From: Octopus sinensis | Taxonomy: Eukaryota | Direction: 5' to 3' | Assembly: GCF_006345805.1 (NCBI RefSeq) | Contig: NW_021835639.1 | Span: forward strand, 1 to 26,093 | DNA: 26,093 nt | Notes under the pieces: model-generated | What the model was told of the DNA's origin: nothing | The model's input: only the letters and a program-made list of their open reading frames with translations | Databases searched by the model: none | Made by a program: the position numbers and the translations under genes | Shown: positions 1 through 9,384 of the stretch, in pieces | Position numbering within the stretch: the first letter of the stretch is position 1 | Layout of the letters: each line of letters starts with the position of its first letter

Positions 1-58
1 TCGTTTGTCTGTACTTGTTTGCCCCTCTATATTTAGCCCCTGTGGTAATTAAGAAACA
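1..58 (+). mobile_element. 3' tail of SINE family A (cut by window edge)
   Basis: tcgtttgtctgtacttgtttgcccctctatatttagcccctgtggtaattaagaaa matches the 3' end of the full copy at 2018-2248 (tttgtctgtccttgttcatcccttctgtgtgtagcccattgtgggtagtaaagaaata). Confidence 0.75.
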
Positions 59-534
59 TATATTTAAACCAATATGGATTGTCTTGATGCTGGTCACTAT
101 TGCTAGAGTGTCCGCAATAGTAAGTAACCTTTGACCTGTGTGTGGCCTCTATTTTAATTCATCTACACTGCTTTTTGTGCTGAAATGTTTACTGACGAAT
201 AAAAGATATCTCTCAGGTCAGTTTGAGTTTGTGAATTTTCAGATATTTTGGTTTAGAAATTAAAATGTTCTTACTGCATCCATCTATGCTGGTGCTTTGT
301 TAGTGATTGTCTTACTCTGTCCCGTTCAGGAGAATGTTCCTCGCATGGCATGCTATTTTTACTATTTAAAGCGCAAAACATACCCATCAATCCAGCGTGA
401 TCCTCAAAACTAACGCTACAATGTTCAGACCGTTAAATCTCTGTCAAGAAAGACGCTTCGCTTCATATCAAATACAAATGTGAGAAAGCTCGCAAAGATA
501 TTCTTTCAAAAATTAACAAATCCGATAATTCCAG

Positions 535-720
535 TATCAATCGTTGGACTGCGGCAATGGTGAGGCACTGCATTGAAGGGTCTAATCAAACAAATTGACC
601 CCACTAATTTTTAGGTTGTTTTTTTTTTAAAGTTTGTACTTTCTTACTACCGCGCTAGGATACGGGGACGCAAACAAACCAACACCAGTTTTCAAGCGAT
701 AGTGGTGGGAAAAAAACAAA
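535..720 (-). mobile_element. Degenerate 3' half of SINE family C
   Basis: Aligns by eye to 10250-10420: ggactgcggcaatgg vs tgactgcggccatgc; caaattgacccc vs caaatcgacccc; acggggacgcaaac...ttttcaagcgat vs acggggacgtaaac...ttgtcaagcaat. Confidence 0.7.
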
Positions 721-781
721 TGCAATAACTCACTGATATATACATATGCACACACATACATATATATTTACTACTTTCTCA

Positions 782-815
782 TATACATACATACATACAT
801 ACATACATACATACA

Positions 816-893
<78 letters not shown>

Positions 894-911
894 GGAGAGA
901 GAGAGAGAGAA
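782..911. repeat. Compound microsatellite (CATA)n-(TA)n-(GA)n
   Basis: Directly visible tandem units. Confidence 0.97.
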
Positions 912-1116
912 AGCAATAGGACAATGGAGGGGCTCAATAGGTGGCATTCATCAACTTTTAGACATTATATTATGTCAACTTATTTATTTATTTACTAAAA
1001 CTGACAATTACAAGAATATACATACCAGTTTAGTAAATAAATAAATAAGTTGACATAATATAAAGTCTAAAAGTTGATGACTACCACCTATTGATCCCCT
1101 CCATTTTCTCATTGCT
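912..1116. mobile_element. Long hairpin / foldback (MITE-like) element
   Basis: Arm 923-1003 is the reverse complement of arm 1026-1105 with about 5 differences and a 22 nt spacer. Weaker pairing extends to 912/1116. Confidence 0.75.
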
Positions 1117-1820
1117 CTATAAATAAATGGTAAAATATCTCTTTACCCTCACCCATTTAGCACACTCGGTAATGTAATTGCAATGCAATAAAAAAAAAAC
1201 ACTTGTGTATTAATAATTGGGAATTCTACCGGCAGATATTATCCCTTAGAGGGTTGGATTCAAGCCTCTAACTTTCTTGGAGTTTTATATATATATACAT
1301 ATATATATATATGTAAGTATATAATACGTGAAGAATAACTGTTGTTTCTTTCAAAAGAGACAAAGAGTTAATTGGACTGCACAAAAGGAAGTGCTCAAAT
1401 AAATGAGGCAAGGATAATTAAACATTGGTCATAGAACAAACATTAAAATGAGTTAGCGACTTTATATATGGTATCAAACCTGCAACATACATCATATATA
1501 AATAAATATTACCATGGCTTTCATAATATATAAATAAAATATAAAATATATAAGACATACAAATACAGAAAACCACCAAAGGTAAAAAATATGCATATAT
1601 ATGCCAAAAACAAAACACGTATAGGGACGTCCCATCAAAAAAACGACTAAAAAATTTATAAAATACTTTAAATTACTAAAAATGTGTCATGCTGAGAAAG
1701 TCGAGAAAACGGGCAAACAAATAAAGCATAGATCAATTAAAAAAAGTTATAATTACTTCACTCACACCAAAAGGTAATAATCCATAAATATTTTTTTTTC
1801 TAATCAAAAATATATATATG

Positions 1821-1950
1821 CGACGGGTTTCCACAGCGTTTCCGTCTACCGAATGCACTTACAAGCCATTGATCGGTCCCGCTGCCAAGATGCAACGCAG
1901 CTGGACAAAACTGGAAATCGCATGGCTGCGAAACAACATTTGTAACTTCA
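1821..1950 (-). mobile_element. Degenerate 5' half (tRNA-like head) of SINE family C
   Basis: gtttccgtctaccgaatgcacttacaagccattgatcgg...ccaagatgcaacgcag aligns with 10496-10580 (gtttccgtctaccaaatccactcacaaggcattggtcgg...ccaagatgccacgcag). Confidence 0.7.
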
Positions 1951-2017
1951 TAACCGTAGAATGGTAAATTCATTACGGCATCCAAAGAAATACATTGTGG
2001 TATAGTGTAGTTGAGAA

Positions 2018-2248
2018 GGCGGCGAGCTGGCAGAAACGTTAGCACGCCCGGCGAAATGCTTAGCGGTATTTCGTCTGCCGTTACGTTCTGAGTTCAAATT
2101 CCGCCGAGGTCAACTTTGCCTTTCATCCTTTCGGGGTCGATTAAATAAGTACCAGTTACGTACTGGGGTCGATATAATCGACTTAATCCATTTGTCTGTC
2201 CTTGTTCATCCCTTCTGTGTGTAGCCCATTGTGGGTAGTAAAGAAATA
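2018..2248 (+). mobile_element. tRNA-derived SINE family A, full length
   Basis: Head ggcggcgagctggcagaaacgttagc with B-box-like gagttcaaattcc. Near-identical to copies at 7616-7836 and 21981-22210. Flanked by a 41 bp direct repeat. Confidence 0.92.
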
Positions 2249-2299
2249 GGTAAATCCATTATGGCATCGAAAGAAATACATTGTGGTATTTGTTCCGGC

Positions 2300-2368
2300 G
2301 TTTACAGTCAAAGATCGATTCCTGCACAGGTCGACTTTGCTTTTAATCACCGGGGGGGTCGACAATTA
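2300..2368 (+). mobile_element. Degenerate fragment of SINE A/B central region
   Basis: caggtcgactttgcttttaatcaccgggggggtcgacaatta resembles gaggtcgactttgcctttcatcctttcggggtcgataaatta. Confidence 0.45.
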
Positions 2369-2551
2369 CATACACACACACACACACACACAGAGTAAAC
2401 TGAGAGAGAGAGACAGAGGGGGGAGACAGAGAAAGAAAGAGTGAGAGAGTAAGAAGTCGAGATTACAGCCTCTACATTTCCGCTAGAATATGTAATATTG
2501 CTGTGCGTAATTTTAATGTTGTAAAAACATAATAAATTAATAAATATTTTT

Positions 2552-2762
2552 TTTTCTACACTAGGCACAAGGCCCAAAATTTTGGGAGAGGGGGCCAGTC
2601 GATTAGATCGACCGCAGTATACAACTGGTACTTAATTTATCGACCCCGAATGGATGAAAGGCAAAGTCGACCTCAGCGGAATTTGAACTCAGAACGTAAC
2701 GGCAGACGAAATACGGCTACGCATTTCGCCCGGCGTGCTAACGGTTCTGCCAGCTCGCCGCC
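2552..2762 (-). mobile_element. tRNA-derived SINE family B (A-type head, different 3' tail)
   Basis: First ~165 bp match family A. The tail (element strand) is ggccccctctcccaaaattttgggccttgtgcctagtgtagaaa instead of the A tail. Confidence 0.9.
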
Positions 2763-2951
2763 TTCAGATAAATAAATATATAGATATTAAGAAGAAATCA
2801 ATAAATAAATATCAAGACTGAGCAAGTAAGGACAGAGACAGGAACAGTAAATTTATTTTGGAAGAGTTCATTGCTTCTTTTTGGAAACAACTTTATAATC
2901 CAACAACCTTAGGTTTGTTTGCGTTGTTTCTTTCTCCAAGCGAACACCGTT

Positions 2952-3368
2952 AGATCTTTTCGGTTTGGACGGCAGTTTTTAAAAATGATTTCCACGTAAC
3001 TAAACACTTTTAAACTTCGTAAATGGTGTAGAATGTGCTTATAAAACATATTTCTCTTGGCTTTATTGAGAAAATTCTATAGTTTGTAAGATATTTGTTG
3101 TTGTTTTTCTTCAATTTCTGCAATTTCAACCAATCAATGACGTCCATTGAGGTGAAAACATTTTGTGCCGTATGAATGTGTCCCTCGTTTAAGAAACTGA
3201 TTGGGTTTATTTACATTTGTGAAGAAAAAAAGATACCCTTCTCCCCACCCCTAACCCTAACCCTAAAACAGATTGAAATGCAATAGATCGATACTAGGGT
3301 CATAATTATTGGTGACAATTTCAAATGACACCGCTAGAAAAAAACTGCCGTTCAAACCGAAAAGATCC
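2952..3368. mobile_element. Non-autonomous TIR DNA transposon (MITE), copy 1, with internal (CCCTAA)3
   Basis: ~29 bp TIRs (agatcttttcggtttggacggcagttttt / aaaaaactgccgttcaaaccgaaaagatcc). Flanks acaccgtt (2944-2951) and acaccgtg (3369-3376). Three similar copies in the window. Confidence 0.9.
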
Positions 3369-5023
3369 ACACCGTGAAAATAAACCCCTAGCGTTTTAAA
3401 TTTGATCATTCAATATGTTTTTTATTTTTTTGCACATTAAGGATCACCTTATCTAACGTATCTAAGACAAACGCTTGTAATTTATGGGCATTTGGCTGCT
3501 CTTTCTTACACTTCAATGGCTTCCTCCTTAGTTTGACTTAAGCTTTGTTGCTATCGTTTTTATTCAACCAGAGGTTAGGCTTGTTCAGGCAAGTAGATAA
3601 TCAAAGACATTCCATTTCTAGCCACCATGTCTTCTTTTTTTTCTTCAGATATTTTTTTATTCAGAACCTCATTCTGCATTATTTTCTTCCCCTTTTTAAT
3701 AAGATAGGGTGTTTGTGAGGGATATTTAGCTTTCATTTCTCCATTTAGCAAGTCAAGGGGCTGTCTGTAAAATGCCGCAGTGACATTCGCAGTTGGTTAC
3801 AGTTTGGAAATAATTGCTATTTCCCATGAGGCTGAAGGAAATAAGGAAGTGAGATTATTTTGGTAAATCTAAAACTGTTGATATTACATTGGAAAAATCC
3901 TTTGAGATTATTGGTCAGCCACTGCTTATAATTTCCTCGTCCGGATAACTCATTAGCATTTTGGAAGCACAATCAGTTTCACCATCAGAAAACTATGTTA
4001 AGGATTGTTATAAAGCAATAAAGCAGCTCGATCTTGGAGGCATCCGGATAATGGACAGGGGCACAATACATTCTGTCAAGAAGATAAACACAGAAGATGT
4101 CTGCTTTAAACAGAAATACAGATTGGTTGTACTGATAGATATACGTAACATTAATCCTAGTTAATCTCGCTTTGTGATTTGTTGAAGACAAGAAAATTGC
4201 TGTTATTGACCCAACAGCTGAAATGCATGTTTTTATCATGCATTCGCTTGTACTCCTCTGACTCTGTAATTTTTTTCCCATAGTAGGGTCCCTCGTGTCG
4301 ATTTGCTATCTCACACAGTTTATTATCTGAAATAGCCTTTCTGTCCTTTCCGCTCCTAGTTTGTTTGTCACATGTTCAAACACATAATTGCTCCCTTCTT
4401 CATGTTCCCATAAATTTCACTGAGAAGTTTTATTCAAGAAAAGTTCTACGATTCTTAGTAAATTGCATAAAACAATTTCTTTAACGAATTAATCTCAAAT
4501 ATATACACACGTGCACGTAAACCCATACGCACACGCTTATAAATACATATAAAAATATATGTACATAAGTTTATGTGTGTGTGTGTGTGTGTGTGTGTGT
4601 ACTAGTAAATAAGTGCAAACGCGAAAAGTACAGAACAAAAAGTAGAAGCTTAAAAATATTTCAGCTGAAGTTGGAACAGAATTAAAAAATTTCCTCCCCC
4701 GTCTTATGATCGAAATGTCCTTTGGAGAAAAGTCTAAACGAAAATTTATAAAATAAAATTTTGGTGAACGATGGGAGGGACTTATATGATAGAAATACAA
4801 GCTGTCTTTTAAAATTAACGAAAAAAATTCAGCTACCTTTCTCTCATGTTTTCCATCCGTATGTAAGCTCACATTTAAGCACATAAAAGAAATATGTGCT
4901 CAAGTAAAGGCGAAGACTTGATTAAAGATGCATTTAAAGTCTTCTAGGCAGTAGTTTCAGCCCAGAAATATTGAGACATATGTGATGTAGAAGTTTGAGG
5001 GTTAAGTTTACTTCCTTCCCTCA

Positions 5024-5325
5024 CATGGCCTAATGGTTACAGCAGCGGACTCGCGGTCGAGGGATCGCGGGTTCGAATCTCAGACCGGGCGATGTGTGTG
5101 TTTAAGAGCGAAACACCTAAGCTCCACACGGCTCCGGCAGAAGGTAATGACGAACTTCTGCTGACTCTTTCGCCACAATTTTCTCTCACTCTTTCCTCCT
5201 GCATCTTGCAGCTCACCTGCGACAGACCGACGTCCCGTCCAGGTGGGGAACCTATACGCCAAGAAACCGGGAAACCGACCCTTGTGAGCCAGGCATGGCT
5301 CGAAAAGGAACAAACAACAACAACA
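5024..5325 (+). mobile_element. tRNA-derived SINE family D
   Basis: A box tggcctaatgg, B box ggttcgaatc, (CAA)n tail. The 5' ~180 bp are shared with family E copies. Confidence 0.88.
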
Positions 5326-5869
5326 CTAAGAAAGTAAAGTCTATCTCCACTAGAGACAACAAATCGATTTCTATAACCATGAAATTCTGGGGCACCAACA
5401 TTCTCGAAATCTTGATACCCAAAATATCTTTCTCTCTTCCAACATTTATGTCTTCTATTAAAGCTTGACTAACAAAATTTTCTTGCCCAAAAAGCACAAA
5501 ATTAATCTTTCTTAGATTCAACATAAATCGTTGGATTTGATCTCAGACATGCACATATCCCTTTGGATTTGAACCCATGACAAACAAGCTGTCTAATGCA
5601 CCCAAGTCTTCCCTTTACACTTTTTCCTACTTTTTCTACGCCGCTCCGCAAAGGGAACATTAGGTGCAATATTTTATAGTTCTCCATTTTGTACTGTACG
5701 TTATCAGGTTCAATTAATTAGGAATATTATCACTCCTCCATTTGCATATTACGCTATCCCATTCTTTTTACAATCAGTGCTTTTTACAGGCATAAAATAA
5801 TGAAGCAAAACTAAAAGAAAAAGGTTATAATTAATTGCTTTCCAAAATGTTTGAACTATAATCGAAAAG

Positions 5870-6146
5870 TCACCGTCACAGACCAGGCTATCAGATGTTG
5901 CTACACATGGCTGGTCACAATACGCTTCGCATTGTTTTAGCCTTCAAATAACGCCACCCCGCCGGCTAAGCGAGCAGGCCAACAGAAGAAAGAGTGAGAG
6001 AAAGTTGTGGCGAAAGAGTACAGCAGGGATTGCCACCACCCTCTGCTGGAGCCTCGTGGAGCTTTTATGTGTTTTTCGCTCAATAAACACTCACAACGCA
6101 CGGTCTGGGAATCGAAACCGCGAGTCCGCTGCCGTAACCATTGGGC
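5870..6146 (-). mobile_element. tRNA-derived SINE family E (D-type head, different tail)
   Basis: Element strand gcccaatggttacggcagcggactcgcggtttcgattcccagacc...; highly similar to 25127-25393. The head has a short deletion between tcgcgg repeats relative to D. Confidence 0.88.
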
Positions 6147-6314
6147 TTCCATTATCGAAAGGTAAATTTTATAACTTGACAAAAAGTACATCGTACAAAA
6201 TATTAAATTAGAAACTGAGACAAAGGAGAAGCATACCAAGAAAGCAGTTGATTAATTCAATGATTTTAATCGGAAAGCAGCACAGCATATATGAGTCTAT
6301 CGGTTGGAGGCAAA

Positions 6315-6755
6315 GGATCTGTTCTGTTTGAACGGCAGTTTTTAAAAATAATTTCCACGTAACTAAACACTTTTAAACTTTGTATACTGGTAGAATGTGT
6401 TTATAAAACATCTTTTTCTCTTGGCTTTATTGAGAAAATTCTATAGTTTGTAAGATATTTGTTGTTTTTTCTTCAATTTCTGCAATTTCAACCAATCAAT
6501 GACGTCTATTGAGATGAAAACATTCTGTGCCGTATGAATATGTTCCTCGTCTAAGAACCAGATTGGGTTTATTTACATTTGTGAAGAAAAAAGATACCCT
6601 TCCCCCACCCCTAACCCTAACCCTAACTAACCCTAACTCTAACCCTAACCCTAAAACAGATTGAAATGCAATAGATTGATACTAGGGTCATAATTATGGG
6701 TGGCAATTTCATATGACACCGCTAGAAAAAACTGCCGGTCAAACCGAAAAGATCC
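6315..6755. mobile_element. MITE copy 2 with expanded (CCCTAA)n tract (6609-6654)
   Basis: TIRs ggatctgttctgtttgaacggcagttttt / aaaaaactgccggtcaaaccgaaaagatcc. Body colinear with copies 1 and 3. No TSD visible. Confidence 0.9.
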
Positions 6756-6799
6756 AAGAAGATTTACACCTCATCTGTAACAACATTGTTTTCATATTT

Positions 6800-8070
6800 T
6801 TAATGCGAGGAATGTACTTTTTGTAGAGATATCATCTTCTGAACATCAGGTTTAAAAATACTTTGAAGTAGTTTTAGATCCTCGCCTTCAATAATCTTCA
6901 GTCTGGTCTTACTTTGCTTAGAAAAACGCTGGGCAGCTGTACTGGAGACTTGCTCTACTGAATATGATGTTTGGAAGGCAATAAAGTATATCTTAACTTT
7001 GATCCACAGTGCAGGGTAGCAGTCAGAAATTTCCTTTTGCAATAAAAAGACCCGAGATTTTTTAAACTTTGACCTCAGCTCATTATTTTTAAATGAATCC
7101 AGTTGAATGTCATCTGATATGCAATTTTTTCATCTCCAATTCAGAGAGGCTTTGAAACTGGAAGGCTCACGATGGCTTGTGTTACACTTGAATAACTTTA
7201 ACTGATCATGGACAGAAACTTGAATAAATCTAATTGACAATTGGACAGAAACTTGGCTGGTTTTACCTTGATGAAGTTTAAGCTCATTTCCTTGCAGTTG
7301 CAAAATAATTCTACTGAGCTTTGGGAGTCCTGCTTCGTGTTTCTTAGTTTATCACGAAGAACAGAATTAGAGTCTTGTAAGAATTCAACAACTTAAAAAG
7401 GGGACTAGAATATTCCAGGCGGTTTCCCATTTATCATCCATCGAACTTCTATATGCATCAACAAAAGTTTATAATTCTTAACATTCTCAACACAGAGCTG
7501 TTGAAACAGAAGGGAATTGAGAGCATTTGCTTTGGTTTTATTTACTGTTGAGGTAACAGTGTTCAATGATTTGTTAAGTCTACCACACAGATTATTTGGA
7601 ACGTGTCTAAACACCTATTTCTTTACTACCCACAAGGGGCTAAACACAGAGAGGACATACAAACGGATTAAGTCGATCATATCGACCCCAGTGCGTAACT
7701 GGTACTTATTTAATCGACCCCGAAAGGATGAAAGGCAAAGTCGACCTCGGCGGAATTTGAACCCAGAACGTAACGGCACACGAAATACCGCTAAGCATTT
7801 CGCCCGGAGTGCTAACGTTTCTGCCAGCTCGCCGCCTTAACATTTTCAATAAACTGATGAAGCAGCGATGACAATTTACCATCGATGGTGTTCCATCTAT
7901 TGCTCCAAAACAAAACACTGGCTACATTTTCATACATGTTGCTAGTTGTCTTAGAAATAATAGCTCTTGAAGCAAAGGTTAATCTTTGACAAAGCAAACA
8001 TAAGCAAGAAGCAATCTTTTGCTTTCTAAAAGGGAATCTACTGTAAGCTAAATTTGGTTGCACTGTGTAT
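6800..8070 (-). pseudogene. Decayed hAT transposase (Buster/Charlie-like), interrupted by a SINE
   Basis: Minus-strand frames give, in order: KFSLQ/VDS..LLAYVCFVKD..QELLF; GAIDGTPSMV; KANALNSLLFQQLC..LLLMHIEVRW..GK; and C-terminal YPALW..FQTSYSVEQ..DLKLL..PDVQKM..HSSH*. These match QLDES, DGAPAM, LNSRLF/VRWLSRG and the dimerisation-domain end of Buster-type hAT transposases. Many stops and frameshifts. Confidence 0.85.
7616..7836 (-). mobile_element. SINE family A, full length, inserted in the hAT pseudogene
   Basis: Reverse complement of the 2018-2248 element. No TSD visible. Confidence 0.92.
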
Positions 8071-8851
8071 GAGGAATGTTATAATGTATTAAATAGTGTA
8101 ACATTCCACATATTTAAACACATGTAGTACGCATTTCTAGAGAAAAAATCTCGTACTTCCTCCTTTTCATTCAAGATTAAAGTCCACCCCCTCTTTGAAA
8201 AAATTTAAAAAACGGAGAAATTCCAATTTTATGCATGACTGCTTTTCCAAACGTTTTTTCTGTAAAATTACAAATTACAAGTGTTTCAAAATATAGAAAA
8301 CTACATGACGAAAAATAACAAGAAATAAACAAAAAGGAAAACAGGAGCGGTGGGTTGCGTTCCAGAGGTACAATATGGGGGAATATAGATGTTTAAAAAA
8401 TATGGACTGAAAAATTTTAATCAGATGAAAGTCCGCTGGTGAGTATTTTGAAATGTGGGGCATTCATGAAACGTGGAAAAATCTCGAAAGAAATCCGAGA
8501 AACTCCGACAAATATAATTAAATGCCTTTTTTTAAAAAAAAGAAAATAGCAAATTCATATCCTTGTGAGTGGATTTGAGGCTCCTTTACGAACGCACCTC
8601 TCCAAGGAAATGAAACGCAATTTAAAAAAAAAAAGCGTTATGAAAATGGAAAATATATACAAAGTAAATGACGTATGCAAAAAAAATTAGAAAGATTCAT
8701 CCATTTTAAAATATTTTATGCTAAAAAATAAAACAAACGGAAAACGGGTACTTGCGAATAACATGTCGGAAGATACAAGGGGAGGATTCCGACAATATCG
8801 TTCGCAAATTGTTGATTATTTTAAATCAGATTTTGTTACTGTGCACACTCG

Positions 8852-9325
8852 TTAGCGTTAGGGTTAGTTTTAGGGTTAGGGTTGTGTTAGGTTTAGGGTT
8901 AATTTTAGGGTTAGGGTTAGCGTTAGAGTTAGGGTTAGCGTTAAGGTTAGGATTAATTTTAAGGTTAAGGCTAATTTTAGGGTTAGGATTAGGGTTAGAG
9001 TTAGGGCTAGTTTTAGTGTTAGGGTTAGTTTTAGAGTTAAAATTAAGATTAGTTTTAGGGTTAGGGTTAGAGTTAGGATTAGCGTTAGCGTTAACGTTAG
9101 GGTTAGTTTTAGCGTTAGGGTTAGTTTTAGGGTTAGAGTTATGGTTAGGGTTAGCGTTAAGTTTAGGGTCAATTTTAAGTTTAGAGTTAGTTTTATGGTA
9201 CGGTTAGTTTTAGGGTTAGGGCTAGTTTTAGGGTTAGGGTTTGTGTTAGGTTTAGGGTTAGTTTTAAGGTTAGTTTTAAGGTTAGGGTAAACGTTAGGGT
9301 TAGGGTTAGGGTTAGTTTAAGGTTA
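8852..9325 (+). repeat. Degenerate interstitial telomere-like (TTAGGG)n array
   Basis: ~470 bp of TTAGGG plus variants (TTAGCG, TTAGAG, TTAGTT, TTAAGG, TTAATT, TTAGGA), mostly in 6 bp register. Confidence 0.92.
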
Positions 9326-9384
9326 CGTGGTGTGCAGTCGCTTTACCTTCGCCCATTTTATGATGATGTGATATATGACAGAAA

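Noticed and set aside
330-560. Possible exon between cag| and |gtgagg
   Set aside because: All three plus frames contain stops, and the 3' part overlaps a SINE-C tail.
5024-5095. tRNA gene candidate (A and B boxes)
   Set aside because: Continues into SINE body and (CAA)n tail. No acceptor-stem closure or poly-T terminator, so it is a SINE head rather than a tRNA.
8752-9207. 151 aa Leu/Gly-rich ORF and antisense Leu/Thr ORF
   Set aside because: Trivial result of in-register TTAGGG hexamers (TTA GGG = Leu-Gly). No evidence of a gene.
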